Source: Sulfurimonas sp. SAG-AH-194-C20
GTDB lineage: Bacteria; Campylobacterota; Campylobacteria; Campylobacterales; Sulfurimonadaceae
Direction: 5' to 3'
Assembly: GCA_029215975.1 (NCBI GenBank)
Contig: JAEMVD010000002.1
Span: 27,235-91,234 of the forward strand
Length of the DNA: 64,000 nucleotides
Made by a program: the position numbers and the translations under genes. Numbering within the stretch: position 1 is the first letter of the stretch; each line of letters begins with the position of its first letter. The notes below the pieces were generated by a model, which was not told the origin of the DNA, ran no database searches, and was given only the letters and a program-made list of their open reading frames with translations. This document shows positions 10,862 through 21,642 of the stretch, one piece after another.

Positions 10862-12832
10862 CTAAAATTTAAAGTCCATATTTGCATAAAGATAACGTCC
10901 CGGTTCATTGAGCAACATAACCTCGTTGCTACCGGTGATTACAAGTGTTAAATCTGCATAAGTATTACTCGTAACATAGGTTGCATCAAAGATATTATTT
11001 GCTCCAAAAGTAAAGTCAAATTTTTTGTTCACGGCATGTTTTATTTTAAAATTTACTATACTCCATGCAGCTAGCTCTTGCTCTCCATTGTCTGAATCAA
11101 ACTTACTCCACTTATCACTAGTCCTAAAGTCAAGTGTTGCTAAAGAGTTGTTCGCATACTCATAGTTTAAAGCAATTTTTGCTCGCAGTGGTGCCATATC
11201 TGCTAGGTTTTTGTTAGTTTGACCTACAAGTGCCTTGTCTTTAGTACCCTCTTTATATGAAGCATCCATATCTAAAGTTATATCATCATTTATGTAGTAA
11301 CTAAGTGAGAACTCCCCACCTAAAACCGTAGCATCAATGTTTACAAAAGCATTTGTAGTTTCACCTGCTTGAATGTAAATATAATCTTTAAGTTTAGAGT
11401 AAAAAGCTTTGATTCTTAATTTAAAGTCATCGTTATCACTCTCATATCCTAAATCAACTTCTGTGTTTGTTGTCTGTTTTAGGTTTGGTGTTCCGACAAC
11501 ATTACCACTTTTTAAGAAGTATAACTCTCTTGCATCAGGAACACGTGAAGCCTGACCTAAACCAAAAAAGAGTTTGTTGTCTGTGTTTAAGTGATAAGAA
11601 GAAAAAATATTTGCATTTAAGGCTTGGTAGTTGTTGTCTTTTAATCCACCTGTGTTTGTGATACCTGTATTGTCGTAGCGTAGACCAACAGAGACATTAA
11701 AATCGCCATAAGAGTTTTCTACTTGTGTAAAAATAGCCATATTGTTGGTGATAGTTTCACTAATGCTATCAGCCCTATAAGCCCCTGTACTTGTAGTTAG
11801 ATATTCACCTTGCCATTCGCGTTTACTAGCATCTAAACCAAGAAGAACTTTATGTGAAGAAAAGGTAAAATCATTTTTTAACTTGAGACCTTGCATATAT
11901 GATTTCATAGCATTAGTGATATCATTTGCTGGGGTGTCTGCTGCATTTCTATACTTAGTACTCATCGGATGGTCTACATCAGAGTAGTAGTACTGCAAGT
12001 TAAGGTTTTTAAAGTTTTGGGATAAATCTTTGATGTCATAAGCTATGGAGTAGATGTTAGAGTCATCATAAAGAGCATCCATAGAAGAGTTCGCATACAA
12101 AATATTTGTACTTCTGTTGGCAGTTACACTGAGTTGTAACTCTTGGTTTTTAAGAGTACTTACAAATGCTTTTGCATTAACACTCTTTTTTGAGTAGGCT
12201 TCTAGGTTTTCATATTCTGTTTTGTACTGATTTCCTGAAGGTGCCTTGTTCTTTGTCTGCTGGGTTAGAGTTTTTCCATCACCATCTCTGTACTGATTAC
12301 TTGACTCTGTAGAGGCTGTGACTAAAACACGGATAGTATCATTACCACCATTCACAGTAGCTCCAAGTTTTTTGTAGCTAAATGCACCTAGCCCTGCATT
12401 TATCTCTGCTTTAGTCTCTTTTGTCGGTTTTTTTGTTTTTATCTTGAGTCCACCACTTAGTGTTCCAAAATTTGTAACATCATAAGGACCCTCAATAACT
12501 TCGATACTCTGTATCTGGTTCGCTAAGATGTGTGACACAGGAGGATCCATACGGTTAGGACATGCCCCTTGGATTTTTGTACCATCTATTTCTACTGAGA
12601 TGTTGTCACGTTTTTGCCCACGAATGAGAACATCATTAGCGATACCACTTCGTCTGCTTATATCTATACTTGGAACTGAGTCACTAAGTGCTTGAGCAAC
12701 ATCTGCTGAGATTTGAGCATTTTGTGCTACTTCTGTAATGAGAGTTGATTCTACATTTAAAGTTGAGAGGTTTATTTCACTTGCCTGCAGACTTGCATAT
12801 GTTAAGAGTGAAAGAATAAGTGTTTTTGGCAT
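10862..12832 (-). CDS. TonB-dependent outer membrane receptor, OprC-like copper receptor
   Basis: Plug GACPNRMDPP (CxxxM), barrel VDHPM (HxM), terminal EPGR...DFKF; RBS favours ATG 12832. Confidence 0.85.
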   Translation of the reverse strand: MPKTLILSLLTYASLQASEINLSTLNVESTLITEVAQNAQISADVAQALSDSVPSIDISRRSGIANDVLIRGQKRDNISVEIDGTKIQGACPNRMDPPVSHILANQIQSIEVIEGPYDVTNFGTLSGGLKIKTKKPTKETKAEINAGLGAFSYKKLGATVNGGNDTIRVLVTASTESSNQYRDGDGKTLTQQTKNKAPSGNQYKTEYENLEAYSKKSVNAKAFVSTLKNQELQLSVTANRSTNILYANSSMDALYDDSNIYSIAYDIKDLSQNFKNLNLQYYYSDVDHPMSTKYRNAADTPANDITNAMKSYMQGLKLKNDFTFSSHKVLLGLDASKREWQGEYLTTSTGAYRADSISETITNNMAIFTQVENSYGDFNVSVGLRYDNTGITNTGGLKDNNYQALNANIFSSYHLNTDNKLFFGLGQASRVPDARELYFLKSGNVVGTPNLKQTTNTEVDLGYESDNDDFKLRIKAFYSKLKDYIYIQAGETTNAFVNIDATVLGGEFSLSYYINDDITLDMDASYKEGTKDKALVGQTNKNLADMAPLRAKIALNYEYANNSLATLDFRTSDKWSKFDSDNGEQELAAWSIVNFKIKHAVNKKFDFTFGANNIFDATYVTSNTYADLTLVITGSNEVMLLNEPGRYLYANMDFKF

Positions 12833-12875
12833 AGTTATGACCTTAATAGTTTTAATATGCAAATAATAATAAAGT

Positions 12876-12900
12876 AGTGTTACAAAAGTGTTAAGTGTTA
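12876..12900. promoter_or_regulatory. AGTGTTA direct repeats (12876, 12887, 12894), candidate OmpR-family operator
   Basis: First two copies 11 bp apart, just upstream of a minus-strand TATTAT -10 for the TonB receptor. Confidence 0.45.
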
Positions 12901-12925
12901 GTAGTATTTATGATAAAATTTCATC

Positions 12926-13063
12926 ATGAGTACAAAAGAGAAGATAAAAAGAACAATTTTAATAGCCTTAGGTTTTGGTCTGGCAACTTACCTTATAATG
13001 AGTGGAACAGCTATGCTAAACCAAGATAACAATACAACAAAAGAGATACCAACTCATGGCTAG
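12926..13063 (+). CDS. Small 45-aa single-TM protein, not in ORF track (MSTKEKIKRTILIALGFGLATYLIMSGTAMLNQDNNTTKEIPTHG)
   Basis: Basic N-terminus plus hydrophobic helix; stop overlaps alr start; TGATAAAAT 6 nt upstream of ATG. Confidence 0.65.
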   Translation: MSTKEKIKRTILIALGFGLATYLIMSGTAMLNQDNNTTKEIPTHG

Positions 13064-14054
13064 CATAACTCTAAGCAAGGCAAATTTCTTCCATAATCTT
13101 GACATTATAAAAGAGCAAACGCAAGCAATAGAAAAAATAGCACTAGTTTTAAAAGATAATGCTTATGGACATGGTTTATGTGAGATGGCAAAGTTGGCTA
13201 AAGAGTATGGTATTACCCGTGCAGTTGTGCGTTCAAACGAAGAAGCACAAACAATAGAAGAGTTTTTTGAGTATGTACTTGTTTTAGCAGATACTCCAAA
13301 AATTCCGAGTAAAAAGATACGATATACCATTAATGATATAAAAAAGATTAGTGAGTTTGCAAAGGATAGTTTGGTCGAGTTAAAAATAGATACAGGAATG
13401 AGTCGAAACGGTATTGCCTCGCATGAAATGCAAGAGGCTTTATCTCTCATAAAAGAGCAAGGTCTAAATCTTGAAGCAGTGTTTACTCATCATGCTTGTG
13501 CTGATGAACTCTCTGGAGAGTACGAGAAACAAAAAGAGAAGTTTGAGAAAATAAAAAAAGAGTTAAGCAAGTACTCAAATCTGCGTTTTCACTCATGCAA
13601 TTCAGCAGCACTTTTTCGTGAAGAAAATTTTGATGAAGATATGGTGAGAGTAGGCATTGGGGCTTATGGCTGTTTAGAACTTCCATTTCCTTCAAACGCA
13701 GAGGAGTTAAGACCTGTTTTATCACTCTATGCACAAAAAAATTCATCACGAGAAGTAAATTGTGGTGATTGTGTTGGTTACGGTGGTACATTTAGTGCAA
13801 AAAAAAGTGTTCTTGTAAGTAATTATGACTTTGGTTATGCAGATGGATTTTTACGCTCTTGTGCTCAAGGGTATAAAACACCTGATAATACAAACATAGC
13901 AGGAAGAATCTCTATGGATAACAGCTCGTTTGTAAGTGATAAAGAAGAGTTACTCATCTTTAATGATGCAAGAGATGTAGCAAAATATGCAGGGACTATA
14001 AGCTATGAAGTTTTAACTGCACTCAAACCTCACCTTAAACGCAGACTTGTCTAA
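13056..14054 (+). CDS. alr: Alanine racemase
   Basis: LKDNAYGHG (PLP lysine), IDTGMSRNG, VGYGG, GYADG, GRISMD, TISYEV. Confidence 0.96.
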   Translation: MASITLSKANFFHNLDIIKEQTQAIEKIALVLKDNAYGHGLCEMAKLAKEYGITRAVVRSNEEAQTIEEFFEYVLVLADTPKIPSKKIRYTINDIKKISEFAKDSLVELKIDTGMSRNGIASHEMQEALSLIKEQGLNLEAVFTHHACADELSGEYEKQKEKFEKIKKELSKYSNLRFHSCNSAALFREENFDEDMVRVGIGAYGCLELPFPSNAEELRPVLSLYAQKNSSREVNCGDCVGYGGTFSAKKSVLVSNYDFGYADGFLRSCAQGYKTPDNTNIAGRISMDNSSFVSDKEELLIFNDARDVAKYAGTISYEVLTALKPHLKRRLV

Positions 14055-14443
14055 GAGTTTACTTTGATGATGGCGTTTGAGAAGATAACTCCATCAACTC
14101 CAAGTAGTGCTAACTCTTCTATCTCTCCCTCATTCTCAATGCTTACTAAAATTTTTGCATCAAAAAGGTAAGATTCGGCTATATTTTGAGCTGTTTTTGC
14201 TAGTGCTTTATCGACTACTATAAAGTCACATTCTAAAGATGAAGCATACATTAACTCCTTTATATTAGAGATACTCAAAGCATATCTAATGTCATTTTTG
14301 TTGAGGTGATTGATGATGTCTAGGTTTTGCTCACTAAATTCTACAAAAACAGATGAAGAGGGTGGTGTGTTTGTTATGGCTTCTATGGAGTTTATATGGT
14401 AAAAACTAGAAGATTCTAAAAATCTATGTCCAAAAAATAGCAT
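14051..14443 (-). CDS. Conserved hypothetical protein
   Basis: 130-aa ORF in operon with rsmG; AQNIAESYLFDAKIL. Confidence 0.75.
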   Translation of the reverse strand: MLFFGHRFLESSSFYHINSIEAITNTPPSSSVFVEFSEQNLDIINHLNKNDIRYALSISNIKELMYASSLECDFIVVDKALAKTAQNIAESYLFDAKILVSIENEGEIEELALLGVDGVIFSNAIIKVNS

Positions 14444-14677
14444 TTAAGCAGCCTTTACTACGCACTCTTGTGAGCAGTAGTACTTTGCATTACTTAAAAT
14501 AGATTCACTTACCTCTGCATAAACACCACACGAAGAGCATTCAACCATATCATCTGCTTTTTCTTCATTCTTTTTAGCTTTGGCTTGATTCTTTTGTGAA
14601 ATTGTTGGCTTTTTTTTGATAAACATAAAATATACTATGCCTATAACCCCTATAACAAGTAGTACTTTTAGTATCAT
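14444..14677 (-). CDS. PP0621-family small membrane protein with Cys cluster
   Basis: N-terminal TM; [10 protein letters not shown]...YYCSQEC. Confidence 0.8.
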   Translation of the reverse strand: MILKVLLVIGVIGIVYFMFIKKKPTISQKNQAKAKKNEEKADDMVECSSCGVYAEVSESILSNAKYYCSQECVVKAA

Positions 14678-15264
14678 AATGTCTCTCCTAGTAGTAAATA
14701 GTGTCTATTTTTTGTCTCAATTATTTTATGTTGCATATTTTGAACACCATCTTGGACTTCATCAAAAACTTTTTCACCCTTGTAAAAAAGAAATTTTGTA
14801 TCTTTATCACGAAAGTTTTCACTGAGTTTGAGGAGCATTTTTGTCTCAGTCACAGCACGAGAAGTTATCATTTCAAAAACTTTTGGCTCCATCTGCTCTA
14901 CTCTTTTTTTGACAACAGTTACATTTTTTAAACCCAAATCAGCTTTGATAAACTGTAAGAAAGAGGCACGTTTAGAGAGTGGTTCTACTAAAGTTACATG
15001 GGTGTCAGGCAGTCCAAACGCAAGTATCATACCTGGAAAACCAGCACCTGTACCTATGTCCATCAAAGAAGAAACTTTAGGTAAAAAAGAGAGTGGGAAA
15101 ACCGCATCGTAGATAAACTCATCAAGGGTTTGACTATCTTTAGCACCCGTTAGGTTATGGACTTTATTCCACTTATGTAGATGCTCTTTGTATTTTTGTA
15201 CATTATAAAAAAAGTCTTCTGGTAAGATGATATTATCATTCGAGAGTGTAGCTTTTAAATCCAC
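14674..15264 (-). CDS. rsmG: 16S rRNA m7G527 methyltransferase
   Basis: [23 protein letters not shown]; GTG start. Confidence 0.95.
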   Translation of the reverse strand: MDLKATLSNDNIILPEDFFYNVQKYKEHLHKWNKVHNLTGAKDSQTLDEFIYDAVFPLSFLPKVSSLMDIGTGAGFPGMILAFGLPDTHVTLVEPLSKRASFLQFIKADLGLKNVTVVKKRVEQMEPKVFEMITSRAVTETKMLLKLSENFRDKDTKFLFYKGEKVFDEVQDGVQNMQHKIIETKNRHYLLLGETL

Positions 15265-15309
15265 TTAAATCCTTTTAAAAAGGTATTTTAGCTGATTTGT
15301 CGATTATCT

Positions 15310-16407
15310 TCAACACTCATGATAAAAAGAGTATTGATTCTTTCCTAAATCTTTGGCTTTATACATAGCCGTATCGGAAAATTGTAGAAGTTCTTTGGTA
15401 TTTTGTGTATCTTGTGTATAAATACTAATACCTATACTACAAGTAAGGGATATCTTTTGAGGGATAAAAATAGGTTTTCTAACTTTTTCTATAAGTTTTT
15501 GAGCAAGGGTAGCAGCAACATCACAACTTTCAAGTTGCTCGATTATACATACAAACTCATCACCACCAAAACGAGCTATCGTATCTTCTTTGCGTAGTAC
15601 GCTTTTAAATCTCGAAGCTATTTCACACAGTACGATATCTCCTGCTGAGTGACCATAAGTATCATTGATTATTTTAAATAAATCAAGGTCAATAAAAAGA
15701 ATAGCAAAATCTTTCTTGCTGCGATCAGATTTTATAGTAGCTTGTTGCAGTCTATCTCTAAATAGAATTCTGTTAGGGAGTTTTGTCAAATGGTCATAGT
15801 GTGCTTGTTCTAGAAGAAGTTCTTTGTTAGTTATCTCTTCTAAGAGATGAGTATTTATACTGCGAAGTTCTTCTTCAGTATACTCTACCCTCTTATGATA
15901 AGTGTAGACAAGAATAGAAGAGACAAATATTGGCATAACTATATAGATAAATTCATTCATAGGATAAGTAGTTTCTTTGGTATACATCAAAACTAATAGT
16001 GTTATAGTAGCCATCAAGGTGATTAAGAATCCTAGCCTTGCACTTACTAAATAGAATGTAAGAAGAATGAGCACTATAAACCAGCCTGACGCCATCATAG
16101 AGTTTGGTATATTAAAAAGTGTAATTAAAATGAGAATAAAATATGTTATTGAAAGTGGATATGCAACTTTTAGGCAATTACCTTTGGCCCTTTTTATGTA
16201 CATAAGAGAAGCAAGTGATATAAGAAGAATAACAAAATCTACACTTGCTTGAAGGAAATTTTCTTGATAAAATCTAATGATGGTTAAGACACCTAGCAAT
16301 AGAGACATTATAGTAAGAACAGCATTAAAAAGTATGTGCTGCAGTTTTACTTTATACTCTTTATCTGTAAATACAAAGCCACTTTCAAGAAATTTTTTTA
16401 TATTCAT
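15310..16407 (-). CDS. Membrane-bound diguanylate cyclase
   Basis: N-terminal TM helices; DHLTKLPNR, RKED I-site, RFGGDEF. Confidence 0.92.
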   Translation of the reverse strand: MNIKKFLESGFVFTDKEYKVKLQHILFNAVLTIMSLLLGVLTIIRFYQENFLQASVDFVILLISLASLMYIKRAKGNCLKVAYPLSITYFILILITLFNIPNSMMASGWFIVLILLTFYLVSARLGFLITLMATITLLVLMYTKETTYPMNEFIYIVMPIFVSSILVYTYHKRVEYTEEELRSINTHLLEEITNKELLLEQAHYDHLTKLPNRILFRDRLQQATIKSDRSKKDFAILFIDLDLFKIINDTYGHSAGDIVLCEIASRFKSVLRKEDTIARFGGDEFVCIIEQLESCDVAATLAQKLIEKVRKPIFIPQKISLTCSIGISIYTQDTQNTKELLQFSDTAMYKAKDLGKNQYSFYHEC

Positions 16408-16454
16408 GTATAATCCTCTTTAAAACATTATACATTGTTTTATTTTAAATGCAG

Positions 16455-18920
16455 TTATATTTTATAAAAAAGTTTTTCTATCTCATTTGAGGGAAGAGGA
16501 GGAGAATAGAAATAACCTTGTATAAGCTCACAACCATTAGCAATCAAAAAGTCCTTTTGTTCTTGCGTCTCTACCCCTTCCGCAATAAGTTTTAAATTTA
16601 AACTTTTCCCAAGTGCAATAATTGCTTTTGTGATAGCCATATCATCTTCATCCTGGGGTATATCTTTTACAAATTCACGATCAATTTTTAGTTTGTCAAG
16701 TGGGAGTTTTTTTAAGTAAGCAAGAGATGAATAACCTGTGCCAAAATCATCTATAGCGACTTCAATGCCAAGGCTATGTATTTTATTTAACTTAAGTATA
16801 GAAGCTTCAGGGTTTTTCATTACCTGACCTTCAGTCACTTCTAGTTCTAGCCACTCAGTTTTAAAATTAATACTTTGCATAGTATCAAGAAGGTAGGTGA
16901 GAAAATCAGCTTCATTGAGCTGTTTCATAGCTAAATTTAATGAAAGAACACCAGGGATAAATCCCTTCTCATACCAAGTTACAAACTGTTGCATTGCAAG
17001 ACGCATTACAAGTCTATCTATCTCGATAATGAGACCTGTTTCTTCCGCAATAGGAATAAAATTTATAGGTGATATAATTCCTAAAGTTGGATGTTCCCAT
17101 CGTATTAGTGCTTCCATGCCCATAATTTTTTCTGTTCTTGTATCAAACTGAGGTTGGTAGTAAACTATAAATTGTTCTTCTTTGATAGCCATTCTTAAAC
17201 TAGACTCCAAGACAACGCGTTCAAAAGCTTGTGATGTCATATCTGATGAGTAGTACCGAAAAGTGTTTCTACCTGCATCTTTGGCTTTATACATCGCTAC
17301 ATCAGAGTACTTAATAAGATTATCTTGTGTAGTAGCATCATCAGGGTATATACTAACTCCAATACTAGCAGTTACATAAAGGTTATGGTTATTGATATTT
17401 ATAGGTTCTTTCATAACATTTATAATTTTGTTTGCTACTATTGAGATACTACTCACATCTTGTAAGTTTTTGAGAATAATTGTAAACTCATCTCCTCCAA
17501 GTCTAGCTAAAGTGTCCTCTTCTCTGATAGTTGATTGTAGCCTTCTTGCTGCTTCTATAAGTACTTTATCACCAATATGATGCCCAAGTGAATCATTTAT
17601 TTGTTTAAATTGATCAAGATCTATAAAGAACAGAGCAAATTTCTCATTGTTGCGTTTTGAAGAGATGATAGTCTGAGAAAGTCTATCTTTAAAAAGTGTT
17701 CTGTTTGGCAAATCTGTGAGTGTATCATAGTGTGCTTGTTTTTGCAGCTGTAGTGTTTGTTGTTGTAGCAGTTCTTGAGTCTTTTTATATGCGGTGATGT
17801 CTCGAAGATAACCAATATACCCATCTACATTATCATACTCGTCTTTAGATACACTTAGCGACATATCACATAAAATTCGATTAGAATTTTGTTTAAGCAT
17901 ATAAGCTTCAATATCTAGTTTCCCCTGATTGTTTAAAAGAAAAAATATCTCCTCAAAAGTGTATTCATTCTCTTTGTCATAAATTTTGGCTATGCTCTTT
18001 CCTACTATCTCTTGTGGTTGGTAACCAAAAAGAGTTGTACTTCCTCTATTCCAGTGAGTGATAATCCCATTTTTATCTGTAGAAACAACTGAATCATGAA
18101 TATACTCTAGTACTTTAGCTTGTTTTTTATGCTGTAGCTCTAGTTCTATAGTCTCTGAAATATCTGTATCAAAAAGTACAATAGATTCTTGTTGCTTATA
18201 GGTAATCGTATGCAGATAGGATTGAACATGATACTGTGTTGCATCTTTTCTCAAGTGAATACTTCTGTTTAGTGCATAGTTTTTTGTGTTGACTAGAGAA
18301 CGCAGTCGTAAAATGTCTTCATCTTTAAGATGAGGATTAATATCTTTAACATTCATCTGTAATAATTCATCTTTTGTATAGCCTAGAGCATCACAAGCTC
18401 CTCTGTTGACATAAAGGTAGCCTAATGTATCTAAAGAGATAATATAGATTTCATTTGAGGAGTATTCAATAAGCTCGGAGAGTTCTTCTGCCTGTGCTTT
18501 TGTAGAAACTTGTTCACTAATATTTTGCGTTGTACCTAAAAGTTTATGCGGCTCCCCATCTTTATCATAAATCACTTGTCCATTGATAAAGAGATTTATA
18601 ATTTTACCACTAGAGTGCATTGCTTCACACTCATAGCTAATTGATTTTCCACTTTTGATTGCATTTTGGAGGATTTCTTGTGCTTCTTCTCTGTACTTTG
18701 GAAGTAAGAGCGAAAAAAATAATTCTAGGTTGAGCGGAGTCTCTTTTGAAATACCATAAAGTTCATAACTCATATCAGACCAAGTTGAGAGATGTGTTTT
18801 TAAATCAATTTCCCAGCTACCAAGCTTAGAAACTGCCTCTAGTTTACGAAGAGTATCTTCTCTAGCTTTGAGTTTTTTAAGTGCAGTGGCTAAGTCATCA
18901 TTCTGTATGTCTATAGGCAT
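16455..18920 (-). CDS. Multi-PAS GGDEF-EAL c-di-GMP enzyme
   Basis: Three PAS-like domains, RLGGDEF, EALIRW, DDFGTGYSS, AEGVET. Confidence 0.94.
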   Translation of the reverse strand: MPIDIQNDDLATALKKLKAREDTLRKLEAVSKLGSWEIDLKTHLSTWSDMSYELYGISKETPLNLELFFSLLLPKYREEAQEILQNAIKSGKSISYECEAMHSSGKIINLFINGQVIYDKDGEPHKLLGTTQNISEQVSTKAQAEELSELIEYSSNEIYIISLDTLGYLYVNRGACDALGYTKDELLQMNVKDINPHLKDEDILRLRSLVNTKNYALNRSIHLRKDATQYHVQSYLHTITYKQQESIVLFDTDISETIELELQHKKQAKVLEYIHDSVVSTDKNGIITHWNRGSTTLFGYQPQEIVGKSIAKIYDKENEYTFEEIFFLLNNQGKLDIEAYMLKQNSNRILCDMSLSVSKDEYDNVDGYIGYLRDITAYKKTQELLQQQTLQLQKQAHYDTLTDLPNRTLFKDRLSQTIISSKRNNEKFALFFIDLDQFKQINDSLGHHIGDKVLIEAARRLQSTIREEDTLARLGGDEFTIILKNLQDVSSISIVANKIINVMKEPININNHNLYVTASIGVSIYPDDATTQDNLIKYSDVAMYKAKDAGRNTFRYYSSDMTSQAFERVVLESSLRMAIKEEQFIVYYQPQFDTRTEKIMGMEALIRWEHPTLGIISPINFIPIAEETGLIIEIDRLVMRLAMQQFVTWYEKGFIPGVLSLNLAMKQLNEADFLTYLLDTMQSINFKTEWLELEVTEGQVMKNPEASILKLNKIHSLGIEVAIDDFGTGYSSLAYLKKLPLDKLKIDREFVKDIPQDEDDMAITKAIIALGKSLNLKLIAEGVETQEQKDFLIANGCELIQGYFYSPPLPSNEIEKLFYKI

Positions 18921-19028
18921 TTATACTCCAGTTATCTAAAATGGGGATGGTATTTAAGAATGCCAAAGCTTACCATAATACCTCTAAAACTAAACCATTT
19001 TTAGTCTTATTTAAGGGATTGATTTTAC

Positions 19029-19592
19029 TTAGAGTAAATGTCCCATTTCATCGCGTTTAGTACCTAAATAGTCCTCATTAAACTCATTAGTCTGGGTTAT
19101 TATGGGCATGCGTTCAATAATTTCAACTCCAGTAATTGCATTTACTTTATTAGGATTATTTGTAAGTAACTTTATCTTTTTAATGTTGAAGTAATCTAAA
19201 ATAAAGTTAACAACCTCATATGTTCGCTCGTCTGAGGCGAATCCAAGTTGGTGATTTGCTTCGATTGTGTTAAAGCCTTTATCTTGTAGGGCATAGGCAT
19301 TTATCTTATTTAAGAGACCAATATTTCGACCCTCCTGACGAAGGTAGATAACCATTCCTCCCTCTTTATTTATAAGTTCAAGGGCAAATTCTAGTTGATC
19401 ACGACAGTCACACTTGAGACTACCAAGTGCGTCACCTGTTAGGCATTCTGAATGAACTCTGACTATAGGATCTTGTGCTAAATTTTTGGCATAGATAACT
19501 AGATGTTCTTTTTCACCCTCTTTAAAGGCTTTTACATGAAACTCACCGAAACGAGAGGGTAAGTTTGCTACTTGGGATATTTCTATATTCAT
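19029..19592 (-). CDS. ribA: GTP cyclohydrolase II
   Basis: VRVHSECLTGDALGSLKCDC, RQEGRNIGL, LLTNNP. Confidence 0.97.
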   Translation of the reverse strand: MNIEISQVANLPSRFGEFHVKAFKEGEKEHLVIYAKNLAQDPIVRVHSECLTGDALGSLKCDCRDQLEFALELINKEGGMVIYLRQEGRNIGLLNKINAYALQDKGFNTIEANHQLGFASDERTYEVVNFILDYFNIKKIKLLTNNPNKVNAITGVEIIERMPIITQTNEFNEDYLGTKRDEMGHLL

Positions 19593-19658
19593 TAATTTAA
19601 TCTTTAAAAGGGTAAAATATTTTCTTAAAATTAATTATAGCAAAAAAAAGGTTCAAGA

Positions 19659-20636
19659 ATGTTTCAAAGATTTCGCCGTACTCGTTTAAACAAGCATCTT
19701 CGCTCACTAGTAAGAGAGACACAGGTAAATGTAGAAGATTTTATATATCCTCTTTTTATACGAAGCGGTAAGGGTATAAAAACAGAAGTAGCATCAATGC
19801 CTGGTGTTTTTCAGATGAGTATAGATGAGATTTTAAAAGAGTGTGAAGTGCTTAAAGAGTTGGGAATTTACTCTATTTTACTTTTTGGTATTCCTGATAC
19901 TAAGGATTCTATCGGGAGTGATGCTCTGTGTGAACATGGTATCATCGCCTCATCTATTCGTGCGATTAAAGCTGTACATCCTGATATGTTTATAGTTACT
20001 GACCTCTGTTTTTGTGAGTACACAGACCATGGGCATTGTGGAATTATAGATGAGACGAGAGAGACTGTAAATAACGATGCTACATTAGAGATTTCAGGTG
20101 AACAAGCACTTATCCATGCAAAGGCTGGAGCCGATATGATAGCTCCGAGTGGAATGATGGATGGTATCATCGAGACACTTCGAGAAGCACTTGACAAAGC
20201 TGGATATGAGAACTTACCTATAATGGCATACTCAACAAAGTTTGCTTCTGGGTACTATGGGCCATTTCGTGATGTTGCAGAGTCAAGTCCTAGTTTTGGT
20301 GATCGTGCAAGCTATCAAATGGACCCTGCAAATCGCCGTGAAGCTATCTCAGAATCTGTAAGTGATGAACTACAAGGAGCAGATATTTTAATGGTAAAAC
20401 CTGCCCTTGCTTATCTTGACTTAGTCAGAGAAATAAAAGATGCTACTTCACTACCTATGGCTGTTTATAATGTAAGTGGTGAGTATGCGATGTTAAAACA
20501 CGCAGGAAATGCAAATCTTATAGACTACGATAGAGTTGTGATGGAAACTATGGTGGCGTTTAAGCGTGCAGGAGCAAACATCATCATCTCTTACCATGCC
20601 AAAGAAGTAGCAAAGATGTTAAAAAGTACTAAATAG
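19659..20636 (+). CDS. hemB: Porphobilinogen synthase
   Basis: [35 protein letters not shown]. Confidence 0.98.
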   Translation: MFQRFRRTRLNKHLRSLVRETQVNVEDFIYPLFIRSGKGIKTEVASMPGVFQMSIDEILKECEVLKELGIYSILLFGIPDTKDSIGSDALCEHGIIASSIRAIKAVHPDMFIVTDLCFCEYTDHGHCGIIDETRETVNNDATLEISGEQALIHAKAGADMIAPSGMMDGIIETLREALDKAGYENLPIMAYSTKFASGYYGPFRDVAESSPSFGDRASYQMDPANRREAISESVSDELQGADILMVKPALAYLDLVREIKDATSLPMAVYNVSGEYAMLKHAGNANLIDYDRVVMETMVAFKRAGANIIISYHAKEVAKMLKSTK

Positions 20637-20697
20637 TTGCTAAATTAAACAAAACTATTATAGAATATAGATTAACTAAAATATATAGGAAGAAAAA

Positions 20698-21624
20698 TTG
20701 AGACATTTTTTAACACTAAAAGATTTTACAAAAGAAGAGATTTTAGAAATTATCGACATCGCTATTGATATAAAAAAAGATTTAAAAGCGGGTGTGTATC
20801 AAAAACCACTTCAAAACAAAACTCTAGCAATGATTTTTGAGAAGAGTTCTACACGAACACGTGTGAGCTTTGAGACAGGTATGTTTCAACTCGGTGGACA
20901 TGCACTCTTTTTAAGTAACCGTGACATTCATCTTGGTCGTGGTGAGCCTATCGCTGATACTGCAAAAGTTATTAGCAGTATGTGTGATATGGTAATGATA
21001 AGAACATTTGAGCATAGTATGATAGAAGAGTTTGCAGCTAACTCAAAAGTTCCTGTTATAAACGGACTTACTGACTCCTTTCACCCGGTACAACTCTTAG
21101 CAGACTACTTAACTATGATAGAGTATGGCATCAACGAAAAAGCTGTTGTTGCTTATGTTGGTGATGGAAACAACATGACAAATTCTTGGATGTTTCTTGC
21201 TGCAAAGATGGGCTTTAGCTTGCGTATAGCTACACCAAAAGGTTATGAAGTTGATAGTAGTATTTTAGAAGAAGCACTAAAGATGGCTACACTAAGTGGT
21301 GCTAAAATTACTGTGATGAATGACCCTAAAGAGGCTATAAAAAATGCAACTATCGTTACAACTGATACTTGGGCTTCAATGGGACAAGAGGATGAAAAAG
21401 AGGAACGAATCAAAGCATTTAAAGGTTTTATGGTTGATAGCTTGCAGATGTGTTTAGCTAGAAAAACTGCTAAATTTCTTCACTGCTTACCTGCTTACAG
21501 AGGGCAAGAAGTCTCTCACGAACTTATGGAGCTTCACTCTGACATCATCTTTGATGAGGCAGAAAATAGACTCCATGCGCAAAAAGGGCTTATGGTTTGG
21601 CTAGATCGACAGGCAAAGAAGTAA
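20698..21624 (+). CDS. argF: Ornithine carbamoyltransferase
   Basis: [27 protein letters not shown]. Confidence 0.97.
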   Translation: MRHFLTLKDFTKEEILEIIDIAIDIKKDLKAGVYQKPLQNKTLAMIFEKSSTRTRVSFETGMFQLGGHALFLSNRDIHLGRGEPIADTAKVISSMCDMVMIRTFEHSMIEEFAANSKVPVINGLTDSFHPVQLLADYLTMIEYGINEKAVVAYVGDGNNMTNSWMFLAAKMGFSLRIATPKGYEVDSSILEEALKMATLSGAKITVMNDPKEAIKNATIVTTDTWASMGQEDEKEERIKAFKGFMVDSLQMCLARKTAKFLHCLPAYRGQEVSHELMELHSDIIFDEAENRLHAQKGLMVWLDRQAKK

Positions 21625-21642
21625 AAACTTCTTTTCTACAAA

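Noticed and set aside
18921-19028. c-di-GMP riboswitch upstream of the GGDEF-EAL gene
   Set aside because: No GEMM-like motifs or convincing stems; the region fits a plain promoter plus RBS
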